From assembly GCF_009914755.1 (NCBI RefSeq), contig NC_060948.1: a DNA stretch of 64,000 bases, one strand, 5' to 3'. The translations under genes and the position numbers were made by a program. Below are positions 28,532 through 42,748 of the stretch, in pieces (positions within the stretch are counted from its first letter, which is position 1; each line of letters begins with the position of its first letter). Below the pieces are notes generated by a model that was not told the DNA's origin, searched no databases, and saw only the letters and a program-made list of their open reading frames with translations. This DNA is from the human T2T-CHM13v2.0 reference genome, Homo sapiens.

Positions 28532-31500
28532 GAATTCATTGGAATGGAAGGGAATGTAGTGTAATGGACAGGCCTGGAATAAAGTGGAATGCTACGGTCT
28601 CGAATGGAATAAAAATATATGGAATGGAATGCAATGAAACGGAATCGAATGTCATAGAATGTAATGGAATGCAAAAAAATGGAATCCAAAATCATTGACT
28701 GGAAAGGCTGGGTGTCGAAAGGAATTGACTCCAATGGAATGGAATCGAATGGAATGGAAGTGAATAGAATCGAACTAAATCGAATGGAATGGAATTGATA
28801 GGAACGGAATGGAAAGGAATGCAATGATTTGGCATGGAATGGAATCGAATGGCATCGAATGGAATGGAATGGAATGCAATGGAATGGAATGTATTAGAAT
28901 GTAATGAACTTTAATGGAATGTACTCGAATGGATTCGACTGGAATGGAATGTTCTGGAAGTGAATGGACTCCAATGGAATGGATTCCAAAGGAATGGAAT
29001 CGTACGGAATGGAATCTAATGGAATGGAATTAAATGGAAATGAATCAAATTGAATAGCACGGAATTGAATTGAATGGAATGGAATGCAATGGAATCTAAT
29101 GAAACGGAAAGGAAAGGAATGGAATGGAATGGAATGGGCTGGAATGGAAAGGAATCGAAACGAATGGAATGGAATCGAACTGAAGAGACTGGAATGGAAT
29201 GCACTGGAATGGAAGGGAGTGTAATGGAAGGTTCTCGAAAAAAATGGAATCGAATGGAATGGAATTGAATGGAACGGAATAGAGTCGAATGGAATTGAAT
29301 GGAATGGAATGGACTAGAGTGAAATGGAATCGAACCACAAGGAATGGACAGGAATAGAATGGTCTCGAATTGAATGGAATCGTATGGAATGGCATCAAAC
29401 GGAATGGAATGGACAGCCACGGAATGGAATGCACTCGAATGCAATGGAGTCGAAACTAACGGACTGGAATAGAATGGACTCGACTGGTACGGACTCCAAT
29501 GGAATGGAATCGAATGGAAGGGAATCGAACGGAAGGGAATCGAACGGAATGGACTCGAAGGGAAAAGACTGCAATGGAAAGGTCTCGAATGGAATGGAAA
29601 TTAATGGAATGGAATGGAGTCGAATGAAATGGAGTCAAAAGGAATGGAATCGAATGGCAAGAAATCGAATGTAATGGAATCGCAAGGAATTGATGTGAAC
29701 GGAACGGAATGGAATGGAATCCAAAGGAATGGAATAGAATGGAATGGAATCGAATGGAAAGGACTCGAATGGAAATCACTCGAATAGAATGCAATTTAAT
29801 AAAATAGGATCAAATGTAATGGAATGGAATGGAAAGGAATCGAAACGAAAGGAATGGAGACAGATGGAATGGAATGGAACAGAGAGCAATGGTATAGAAT
29901 GGAATGGAATCATCTGGAATGGAATTGAATGGAATGGAATAATATGAAATGGAATGGAATGGAATGGAATGGAATGCCCTTGAATTAAATGGACTGGAAT
30001 GGAATGGACTCAAACAGAGTGGAATGGAAAGTGTGGAGATAGAATGGAATGAACTCCTTTGGAATGGTCTAGTAGGCAATGCAATCGACTGGCAGGGAAT
30101 CAAAACGAATGTAATCGAATGGATTGGACTGGAATGCAATGGACTCGAATAGATTGGAAACGGAATGCAAAGAATGGAATGGAATAGTATGGAATGGAAT
30201 GGAAAGGAATGGAGTGGAACAGACTAGAGTGGAATGGAATGGACTGGAAAGCAATGGACTGGAATGGAACTTTCTTGAATGGACTGGAATCAAACGGAAT
30301 GGAATGCAATGCAATCAAATGGCATAGAATAAAATAGAATGAAAGAGAATCAAATGGAATTGAATCGAATGGAATCGAATGGATTGGAAAGGAGTAGAAT
30401 GGAATGGAATGGAATTGACTCAAATGGAATGGACTAGAATGGAATGGATTCGAATGGAAGGCAAAGGAATGGAATCTATTGGAATGGACTGTAATGGAAT
30501 GGAATGGAAGGGATTGGAATGGACTCGAATGGAATGGACTGCAATAGAAAGGATTCGAATGGAATGAAAAAGAATTGAATGGAATAGAACAGAATGGAAT
30601 CAAATCGAATGAAATGGAATGGAATAGAAAGGAATGGAATGAAATGGAATGGAAAGGATTCGAATGGAATGCAATCGAATGGAATGGAATCGAACGGAAT
30701 GGAATAAAATGGAAGAAAACTGGCAAGAAATGGAATCGAAATGAATGGAGTGTTATGGAACGGACTCAAAAGGAATTGAATGTAATAGAATGGAGTGGAG
30801 TGGACTCGAATATAATGGACTGGAATGGAATGAAATCACATGGAATGGGAACGAATGGAATGGAATGGAAAGGAATGGAATCGAATGGAAAGGAATCGAA
30901 TGGAAGGGAATGAAATTGAATCAACAGGAATGGAAGGGAATAGAATAGACGGTAATGGAATGGACTCGAATAGAATGGACACGAATGCTCAAATTAAATG
31001 GACTCGAATGGAATGGAAACGAAAGGAATGTCATCGAATGGAATTGAATCGATTGGAATGAAATCGCATAGAATGGAGTGGAATCAAATGGAATTGAATC
31101 GAAAGGAAAGGAAGCGAATGGACTGAAATGAAATGGAATGGAATTGAATGGAAAGTAATGCAATGGAATAGAATGGAACGAAATTTCACGGAATGGAATC
31201 AAACTGAATGGAATCAAATCAATGGAATCAAATCAAATGGAATGGAAAGGAATTGAATGGAGTAGATGGGATTGGATGGGATTGGAATGAAATGTACTGG
31301 AAAGGACTCGAATTTCATGAAACGGAATGGAATGAATTGGAACGGAATGGACTCGAATGGAATGGAATGTCATGGGATGGCATCAAATGGAATGGCATCA
31401 AATGGAATGGAATCGAATGCAATGGAATGCTATGGAATGGAATGGAATGCATTGGAATGGAATGTCCTCTAATGGAATGGATTCGAGTGGAATGGAATTG

Positions 31501-32079
31501 AATATAATGGAGTCGAATGAAATGGAATTGAAAGGAATGGGATCGAATACAATGGAATATACTGGAATGTAACGTAATGAACTCGAATGTAATTGACTGG
31601 AATGGAATGTACATGAATGGAATGTAATCGAATGGAAAGTAATCCAATGGAATAGAATCTAATGCAATAAAATCGACTCAGATAGAGTAGAATGTAATGG
31701 AATGGAGTGCAGTGCAATGGAATGGAATGCAATGGAATGGAATGGAATGGAATGGAATGGAATGGAATGGGATGGAATGGTATGGAATGGATAGTAATGG
31801 ACTGGAGTGAAATGGACTGGAAAGGAATGGACTCAAATTGAAAGGGCTCGAAAGGAATGGAGTCAAATGGAATGGTCTGGAATGGAATGAACACGAATGT
31901 AATGCAACCCAATAGAATGGAATCGAATGGCATGGAATAGAAAGAAATGGAATCGAAGAGAATGGAAACAAATGGAATGGAATTGAATGGAATGGGAACG
32001 AATGGAGTGAAATTGTATGCAGTAGAAGAGAATAGAATGGAATGCAAGCGAAAGGAAAGGAATGGATTGGAATGGAATG
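28532..32079 (+). repeat. Unit U9, 3548 bp, clade B
   Basis: EcoRI spacing. Markers GGATTCCAAAGG 28981 and CAAAACGAAT 30101 are shared with U11. Confidence 0.88.
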
Positions 32080-35000
32080 GAATTCATTGGAATGGAAGGG
32101 AATGTAGTGTAATGGACAGGCCTGGAATAAAGTGGAATGCTACGGTCTCGAATGGAATAAAAATGTATGGAATGGAATGCAATGAAACGGAATCGAATGT
32201 CATAGAATGTAATGGAATGCAAAAAAATGGAATCCAAAATCATTGACTGGAAAGGCTGGGTGTCGAAAGGAATTGACTCCAATGGAATGGAATCGAATGG
32301 AATGGAAGTGAATAGAATCGAACTAAATCGAATGGAATGGAATTGATAGGAACGGAATGGAAAGGAATGCAATGATTTGGCATGGAATGGAATCGAATGG
32401 CATCGAATGGAATGGAATGGAATGCAATGGAATGGAATGTATTAGAATGTAATGAACTTTAATGGAATGTACTCGAATGGATTCGACTGGAATGGAATGT
32501 TCTGGAAGTGAATGAACTCCAATGGAATGGATTCAAAAGGAATGGAATCGTACGGAATGGAATCTAATGGAATGGAATTAAATGGAAATGAATCAAATTG
32601 AATAGCACGGAATTGAATTGAATGGAATGGAATGCAATGGAATCTAATGAAACGGAAAGGAAAGGAATGGAATGGAATGGAATGGGCTGGAATGGAAAGG
32701 AATCGAAACGAATGGAATGGAATCGAACTGAAGAGACTGGAATGGAATGCACTGGAATGGAAGGGAGTGTAATGGAAGGTTCTCGAAAAAAATGGAATCG
32801 AATGGAATGCAATTGAATGGAACGGAATAGATTCGAATGGAATTGAATGGAATGGAATGGACTAGAGTGAAATGGAATCGAACCACAAGGAATGGACAGG
32901 AATAGAATGGTCTCGAATTGAATGGAATCGTATGGAATGGCATCAAACGGAATGGAATGGACAGCCACGGAATGGAATGCACTCGAATGCAATGGAGTCG
33001 AAACTAACGGACTGGAATAGAATGGACTCGACTGGTACGGACTCCAATGGAATGGAATCGAATGGAAGGGAATCGAACGGAAGGGAATCGAACGGAATGG
33101 ACTCGAAGGGAAAAGACTGCAATGGAAAGGTCTCGAATGGAATGGAAATTAATGGAATGGAATGGAGTCGAATGAAATGGAGTCAAAAGGAATGGAATCG
33201 AATGGCAAGAAATCGAATGTAATGGAATCGCAAGGAATTGATGTGAACGGAACGGAATGGAATGGAATCCAAAGGAATGGAATAGAATGGAGTGGAATCG
33301 AATGGAAAGGACTCGAATGGAAATCACTCGAATAGAATGCAATTTAATAAAATAGGATCAAATGTAATGGAATGGAATGGAAAGGAATCGAAACGAAAGG
33401 AATGGAGACAGATGGAATGGAATGGAACAGAGAGCAATGGTATAGAATGGAATGGAATCATCTGGAATGGAATTGAATGGAATGGAATGGAATGGAATGG
33501 AATGGAATGGAATGCCCTTGAATTAAATGGACTGGACTCGAACAGAGTGGAATGGAAAGTGTGGAGATAGAATGGAATGAACTCCTTTGGGATGGTCTAG
33601 TAGGCAATGCAATCGACTGGCAGGGAATCAAAAGGAATGTAATCGAATGGATTGGACTGGAATGCAATGGACTCGAATAGATTGGAAACGGAATGCAAAG
33701 AATGGAATGGAATAGTATGGAATGGAATGGAAAGGAATGGAGTGGAATAGACTAGAGTGGAATGGAATGGACTGGAAAGCAATGGACTGGAATGGAACTT
33801 TGTTGAATGGACTGGAATCAAACGGAATGGAATGCAATGCAATCAAATGGCATAGAATAAAATAGAATGAAAGAGAATCAAATGGAATTGAATCGAATGG
33901 AATCGAATGGATTGGAAAGGAATAGAATGGAATGGAATGGAATTGACTCAAATGGAATGGACTAGAATGGAATGGATTCGAATGGAAGGCAAAGGAATGG
34001 AATCTATTGGAATGGACTGTAATGGAATGGAATGGAAGGGATTGGAATGGACTCGAATGGAATGGACTGCAATAGAAAGGATTCGAATGGAATGAAAAAG
34101 AATTGAATGGAATAGAACAGAATGGAATCAAATCGAATGAAATGGAATGGAATAGAAAGGAATGGAATGAAATGGAATGGAAAGGATTCGAATGGAATGC
34201 AATCGAATGGAATGGAATCGAACGGAATGGAATAAAATGGAAGAAAACTGGCAAGAAATGGAATCGAAATGAATGGAGTGTTATGGAACGGACTCAAAAG
34301 GAATTGAATGTAATAGATTGGAGTGGAGTGGACTCGAATATAATGGACTGGAATGGAATGAAATCACATGGAATGGGAACGAATGGAATGGAATGGAAAG
34401 GAATGGAATCGAATGGAAAGGAATCGAATGGAAGGGAATGAAATTGAATCAACAGGAATGGAAGAGAATAGAATAGACGGTAATGGAATGGACTCGAATA
34501 GAATGGACACGAATGCTCAAATTGAATGGACTCGAATGGAATGGAAACGAAAGGAATGTCATCGAATGGAATTGAATGGATTGGAATGAAATCGCATAGA
34601 ATGGAGTGGAATCAAATGGAATTGAATCGAAAGGAAAGGAAGCGAATGGACTGAAATGAAATGGAATGGAATTGAATGGAAAGTAATGCAATGGAATAGA
34701 ATGGAACGAAATTTCACGGAATGGAATCAAACTGAATGGAATCAAATCAATGGAATCAAATCAAATGGAATGGAAAGGAATTGAATGGAGTAGATGGGAT
34801 TGGATGGGATTGGAATGAAGTGTACTGGAAAGGACTCGAATTTCATGAAACGGAATGGAATGAATTGGAACGGAATGGACTCGAATGGAATGGAATGTCA
34901 TGGGATGGCATCAAATGGAATGGCATCAAATGGAATGGAATCGAATGCAATGGAATGCTATGGAATGGAATGGAATGCATTGGAATGGAATGTCCTCTAA

Positions 35001-35627
35001 TGGAATGGATTCGAGTGGAATGGAATTGAATATAATGGAGTCGAATGAAATGGAATTGAAAGGAATGGGATCGAATACAATGGAATATACTGGAATGTAA
35101 CGTAATGAACTCGAATGTAATTGACTGGAATGGAATGTACATGAATGGAATGTAATCGAATGGAAAGTAATCCAATGGAATAGAATCTAATGCAATAAAA
35201 TCGACTCAGATAGAGTAGAATGTAATGGAATGGAGTGCAGTGCAATGGAATGGAATGGAATGGAATGCAATGGAATGGAATGGAATGGAATGGAATGGAA
35301 TGGAATGGTATGGAATGGGATGGAATGGTATGGAATGGATAGTAATGGACTGGAGTGAAATGGACTGGAAAGGAATGGACTCAAATTGAAAGGGCTCGAA
35401 AGGAATGGAGTCAAATGGAATGGTCTGGAATGGAATGAACACGAATGTAATGCAACCCAATAGAATGGAATCGAATGGCATGGAATAGAAAGAAATGGAA
35501 TCGAAGAGAATGGAAACAAATGGAATGGAATTGAATGGAATGGGAACGAATGGAGTGAAATTGTATGCAGTAGAAGAGAATAGAATGGAATGCAAGCGAA
35601 AGGAAAGGAATGGATTGGAATGGAATG
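32080..35627 (+). repeat. Unit U10, 3548 bp, clade B
   Basis: EcoRI spacing. Markers CTTTGGGATGG ~33585 and CTTTGTTG ~33798 are shared with U12. Private loss of AATATGAAAT ~33490. Confidence 0.88.
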
Positions 35628-38600
35628 GAATTCATTGGAATGGAAGGGAATGTAGTGTAATGGACAGGCCTGGAATAAAGTGGAATGCTACGGTCTCGAA
35701 TGGAATAAAAATGTATGGAATGGAATGCAATGAAACGGAATCGAATGTCATAGAATGTAATGGAATGCAAAAAAATGGAATCCAAAATCATTGACTGGAA
35801 AGGCTGGGTGTCGAAAGGAATTGACTCCAATGGAATGGAATCGAATGGAATGGAAGTGAATAGAATCGAACTAAATCGAATGGAATGGAATTGATAGGAA
35901 CGGAATGGAAAGGAATGCAATGATTTGGCATGGAATGGAATCGAATGGCATCGAATGGAATGGAATGGAATGCAATGGAATGGAATGTATTAGAATGTAA
36001 TGAACTTTAATGGAATGTACTCGAATGGATTCGACTGGAATGGAATGTTCTGGAAGTGAATGGACTCCAATGGAATGGATTCCAAAGGAATGGAATCGTA
36101 CGGAATGGAATCTAATGGAATGGAATTAAATGGAAATGAATCAAATTGAATAGCACGGAATTGAATTGAATGGAATGGAATGCAATGGAATCTAATGAAA
36201 CGGAAAGGAAAGGAATGGAATGGAATGGAATGGGCTGGAATGGAAAGGAATCGAAACGAATGGAATGGAATCGAACTGAAGAGACTGGAATGGAATGCAC
36301 TGGAATGGAAGGGAGTGTAATGGAAGGTTCTCGAAAAAAATGGAATCGAATGGAATGGAATTGAATGGAACGGAATAGAGTCGAATGGAATTGAATGGAA
36401 TGGAATGGACTAGAGTGAAATGGAATCGAACCACAAGGAATGGACAGGAATAGAATGGTCTCGAATTGAATGGAATCGTATGGAATGGCATCAAACGGAA
36501 TGGAATGGACAGCCACGGAATGGAATGCACTCGAATGCAATGGAGTCGAAACTAACGGACTGGAATAGAATGGACTCGACTGGTACGGACTCCAATGGAA
36601 TGGAATCGAATGGAAGGGAATCGAACGGAAGGGAATCGAACGGAATGGACTCGAAGGGAAAAGACTGCAATGGAAAGGTCTCGAATGGAATGGAAATTAA
36701 TGGAATGGAATGGAGTCGAATGAAATGGAGTCAAAAGGAATGGAATCGAATGGCAAGAAATCGAATGTAATGGAATCGCAAGGAATTGATGTGAACGGAA
36801 CGGAATGGAATGGAATCCAAAGGAATGGAATAGAATGGAATGGAATCGAATGGAAAGGACTCGAATGGAAATCACTCGAATAGAATGCAATTTAATAAAA
36901 TAGGATCAAATGTAATGGAATGGAATGGAAAGGAATCGAAACGAAAGGAATGGAGACAGATGGAATGGAATGGAACAGAGAGCAATGGTATAGAATGGAA
37001 TGGAATCATCTGGAATGGAATTGAATGGAATGGAATAATATGAAATGGAATGGAATGGAATGGAATGGAATGCCCTTGAATTAAATGGACTGGAATGGAA
37101 TGGACTCAAACAGAGTGGAATGGAAAGTGTGGAGATAGAATGGAATGAACTCCTTTGGAATGGTCTAGTAGGCAATGCAATCGACTGGCAGGGAATCAAA
37201 ACGAATGTAATCGAATGGATTGGACTGGAATGCAATGGACTCGAATAGATTGGAAACGGAATGCAAAGAATGGAATGGAATAGTATGGAATGGAATGGAA
37301 AGGAATGGAGTGGAACAGACTAAAGTGGAATGGAATGGACTGGAAAGCAATGGACTGGAATGGAACTTTCTTGAATGGACTGGAATCAAACGGAATGGAA
37401 TGCAATGCAATCAAATGGCATGGAATAAAATAGAATGAAAGAGAATCAAATGGAATTGAATCGAATGGAATCGAATGGATTGGAAAGGAATAGAATGGAA
37501 TGGAATGGAATTGACTCAAATGGAATGGACTAGAATGGAATGGATTCGAATGGAAGGCAAAGGAATGGAATCTATTGGAATGGACTGTAATGGAATGGAA
37601 TGGAAGGGATTGGAATGGACTCGAATGGAATGGACTGCAATAGAAAGGATTCGAATGGAATGAAAAAGAATTGAATGGAATAGAACAGAATGGAATCAAA
37701 TCGAATGAAATGGAATGGAATAGAAAGGAATGGAATGAAATGGAATGGAAAGGATTCGAATGGAATGCAATCGAATGGAATGGAATCGAACGGAATGGAA
37801 TAAAATGGAAGAAAACTGGCAAGAAATGGAATCGAAATGAATGGAGTGTTATGGAACGGACTCAAAAGGAATTGAATGTAATAGAATGGAGTGGAGTGGA
37901 CTCGAATATAATGGACTGGAATGGAATGAAATCACATGGAATGGGAACGAATGGAATGGAATGGAAAGGAATGGAATCGAATGGAAAGGAATCGAATGGA
38001 AGGGAATGAAATTGAATCAACAGGAATGGAAGGGAATAGAATAGACGGTAATGGAATGGACTCGAATAGAATGGACACGAATGCTCAAATTGAATGGACT
38101 CGAATGGAATGGAAACGAAAGGAATGTCATCGAATGGAATTGAATCGATTGGAATGAAATCGCATAGAATGGAGTGGAATCAAATGGAATTGAATCGAAA
38201 GGAAAGGAAGCGAATGGACTGAAATGAAATGGAATGGAATTGAATGGAAAGTAATGCAATGGAATAGAATGGAACGAAATTTCACGGAATGGAATCAAAC
38301 TGAATGGAATCAAATCAATGGAATCAAATCAAATGGAATGGAAAGGAATTGAATGGAGTAGATGGGATTGGATGGGATTGGAATGAAATGTACTGGAAAG
38401 GACTCGAATTTCATGAAACGGAATGGAATGAATTGGAACGGAATGGACTCGAATGGAATGGAATGTCATGGGATGGCATCAAATGGAATGGCATCAAATG
38501 GAATGGAATCGAATGCAATGGAATGCTATGGAATGGAATGGAATGCATTGGAATGGAATGTCCCCTAATGGAATGGATTCGAGTGGAATGGAATTGAATA

Positions 38601-39190
38601 TAATGGAGTCGAATGAAATGGAATTGAAAGGAATGGGATCGAATACAATGGAATATACTGGAATGTAACGTAATGAACTCGAATGTAATTGACTGGAATG
38701 GAATGTACATGAATGGAATGTAATCGAATGGAAAGTAATCCAATGGAATAGAATCTAATGCAATAAAATCGACTCAGATAGAGTAGAATGTAATGGAATG
38801 GAGTGCAGTGCAATGGAATGGAATGGAATGGAATGCAATGGAATGGAATGGAATGGAATGGAATGGAATGGAATGGAATGGGATGGAATGGTATGGAATG
38901 GATAGTAATGGACTGGAGTGAAATGGACTGGAAAGGAATGGACTCAAATTGAAAGGGCTCGAAAGGAATGGAGTCAAATGGAATGGTCTGGAATGGAATG
39001 AACACGAATGTAATGCAACCCAATAGAATGGAATCGAATGGCATGGAATAGAAAGAAATGGAATCGAAGAGAATGGAAACAAATGGAATGGAATTGAATG
39101 GAATGGGAACGAATGGAGTGAAATTGTATGCAGTAGAAGAGAATAGAATGGAATGCAAGCGAAAGGAAAGGAATGGATTGGAATGGAATG
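35628..39190 (+). repeat. Unit U11, 3563 bp, clade B
   Basis: EcoRI spacing. U9-like markers at a 7096-bp offset. Confidence 0.88.
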
Positions 39191-42100
39191 GAATTCATTG
39201 GAATGGAAGGGAATGTAGTGTAATGGACAGGCCTGGAATAAAGTGGAATGCTACGGTCTCGAATGGAATAAAAATGTATGGAATGGAATGCAATGAAACG
39301 GAATCGAATGTCATAGAATGTAATGGAATGCAAAAAAATGGAATCCAAAATCATTGACTGGAAAGGCTGGGTGTCGAAAGGAATTGACTCCAATGGAATG
39401 GAATCGAATGGAATGGAAGTGAATAGAATCGAACTAAATCGAATGGAATGGAATTGATAGGAACGGAATGGAAAGGAATGCAATGATTTGGCATGGAATG
39501 GAATCGAATGGCATCGAATGGAATGGAATGGAATGCAATGGAATGGAATGTATTAGAATGTAATGAACTTTAATGGAATGTACTCGAATGGATTCGACTG
39601 GAATGGAATGTTCTGGAAGTGAATGGACTCCAATGGAATGGATTCAAAAGGAATGGAATCGTACGGAATGGAATCTAATGGAATGCAATTAAATGGAAAT
39701 GAATCAAATTGAATAGCACGGAATTGAATTGAATGGAATGGAATGCAATGGAATCTAATGAAACGGAAAGGAAAGGAATGGAATGGAATGGAATGGGCTG
39801 GAATGGAAAGGAATCGAAACGAATGGAATGGAATCGAACTGAAGAGACTGGAATGGAATGCACTGGAATGGAAGGGAGTGTAATGGAAGGTTCTCGAAAA
39901 AAATGGAATCGAATGGAATGCAATTGAATGGAACGGAATAGAGTCGAATGGAATTGAATGGAATGGAATGGACTAGAGTGAAATGGAATCGAACCACAAG
40001 GAATGGACAGGAATAGAATGGTCTCGAATTGAATGGAATCGTATGGAATGGCATCAAACGGAATGGAATGGACAGCCACGGAATGGAATGCACTCGAATG
40101 CAATGGAGTCGAAACTAACGGACTGGAATAGAATGGACTCGACTGGTACGGACTCCAATGGAATGGAATCGAATGGAAGGGAATCGAACGGAAGGGAATC
40201 GAACGGAATGGACTCGAAGGGAAAAGACTGCAATTGAAAGGTCTCGAATGGAATGGAAATTAATGGAATGGAATGGAATCGAATGAAATGGAGTCAAAAG
40301 GAATGGAATCGAATGGCAAGAAATCGAATGTAATGGAATCGCAAGGAATTGATGTGAACGGAACGGAATGGAATGGAATCCAAAGGAATGGAATAGAATG
40401 GAATGGAATCGAATGGAAAGGACTCGAATGGAAATCACTCGAATAGAATGCAATTTAATAAAATAGGATCAAATGTAATGGAATGGAATGGAAAGGAATC
40501 GAAACGAAAGGAATGGAGACAGATGGAATGGAATGGAACAGAGAGCAATGGTATAGAATGGAATGGAATCATCTGGAATGGAATTGAATGGAATGGAATG
40601 ATATGAAATGGAATGGAATGGAATGGAATGGAATGCCCTTGAATTAAATGGACTGGACTCGAACAGAGTGGAATGGAAAGTGTGGAGATAGAATGGAATG
40701 AACTCCTTTGGGATGGTCTAGTAGGCAATGCAATCGACTGGCAGGGAATCAAAAGGAATGTAATCGAATGGATTGGACTGGAATGCAATGGACTCGAATA
40801 GATTGGAAACGGAATGCAAAGAATGGAATGGAATAGTATGGAATGGAATGGAAAGGAATGGAGTGGAATAGACTAGAGTGGAATGGAATGGACTGGAAAG
40901 CAATGGACTGGAATGGAACTTTGTTGAATGGACTGGAATCAAACGGAATGGAATGCAATGCAATCAAATGGCATGGAATAAAATAGAATGAAAGAGAATC
41001 AAATGGAATTGAATCGAATGGAATCGAATGGATTGGAAAGGAATAGAATGGAATGGAATGGAATTGACTCAAATGGAATGGACTAGAATGGAATGGATTC
41101 GAATGGAAGGCAAAGGAATGGAATCTATTGGAATGGACTGTAATGGAATGGAATGGAAGGGATTGGAATGGACTCGAATGGAATGGACTGCAATAGAAAG
41201 GATTCGAATGGAATGAAAAAGAATTGAATGGAATAGAACAGAATGGAATCAAATCGAATGAAATGGAATGGAATAGAAAGGAATGTAATGAAATGGAATG
41301 GAAAGGATTCGAATGGAATGCAATCGAATGGAATGGAATCGAACGGAATGGAATAAAATGGAAGAAAACTGGCAAGAAATGGAATCGAAATGAATGGAGT
41401 GTTATGGAACGGACTCAAAAGGAATTGAATGTAATAGAATGGAGTGGAGTGGACTCGAATATAATGGACTGGAATGGAATGAAATCACATGGAATGGGAA
41501 CGAATGGAATGGAATGGAAAGGAATGGAATCGAATGGAAAGGAATCGAATGGAAGGGAATGAAATTGAATCAACAGGAATGGAAGGGAATAGAATAGACG
41601 GTAATGGAATGGACTCGAATAGAATGGACACGAATGCTCAAATTGAATGGACTCGAATGGAATGGAAACGAAAGGAATGTCATCGAATGGAGTTGAATCG
41701 ATTGGAATGAAATCGCATAGAATGGAGTGGAATCAAATGGAATTGAATCGAAAGGAAAGGAAGCGAATGGACTGAAATGAAATGGAATGGAATTGAATGG
41801 AAAGTAATGCAATGGAATAGAATGGAACGAAATTTCACGGAATGGAATCAAACTGAATGGAATCAAATCAATGGAATCAAATCAAATGGAATGGAAAGGA
41901 ATTGAATGGAGTAGATGGGATTGGATGGGATTGGAATGAAATGTACTGGAAAGGACTCGAATTTCATGAAACGGAATGGAATGAATTGGAACGGAATGGA
42001 CTCGAATGGAATGGAATGTCATGGGATGGCATCAAATGGAATGGCATCAAATGGAATGGAATCGAATGCAATGGAATGCTATGGAATGGAATGGAATGCA

Positions 42101-42748
42101 TTGGAATGGAATGTCCTCTAATGGAATGGATTCGAGTGGAATGGAATTGAATATAATGGAGTCGAATGAAATGGAATTGAAAGGAATGGGATCGAATACA
42201 ATGGAATATACTGGAATGTAACGTAATGAACTCGAATGTAATTGACTGGAATGGAATGTACATGAATGGAATGTAATCGAATGGAAAGTAATCCAAAGGA
42301 ATAGAATCTAATGCAATAAAATCGACTCAGATAGAGTAGAATGTAATGGAATGGAGTGCAGTGCAATGGAATGGAATGGAATGGAATGCAATGGAATGGA
42401 ATGGAATGGAATGGAATGGAATGGGATGGAATGGTGTGGAATGGATAGTAATGGACTGGAGTGAAATGGACTGGAAAGGAATGGACTCAAATTGAAAGGT
42501 CTCGAAAGGAATGGAGTCAAATGGAATGGTCTGGAATGGAATGAACACGAATGTAATGCAACCCAATAGAATGGAATCGAATGGCATGGAATATAAAGAA
42601 ATGGAATCGAAGAGAATGGAAACAAATGGAATGGAATTGAATGGAATGGAATTGAATGGAATGGGAACGAATGGAGTGAAATTGTATGCAGTAGAAGAGA
42701 ATAGAATGGAATGCAAGCGAAAGGAAAGGAATGGATTGGAATGGAATG
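39191..42748 (+). repeat. Unit U12, 3558 bp, clade B
   Basis: EcoRI spacing. ATCCAAAGG 42291, GGTGTGGAAT ~42433 and AAAGGTCTCG ~42495 are shared with U14. Confidence 0.88.
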
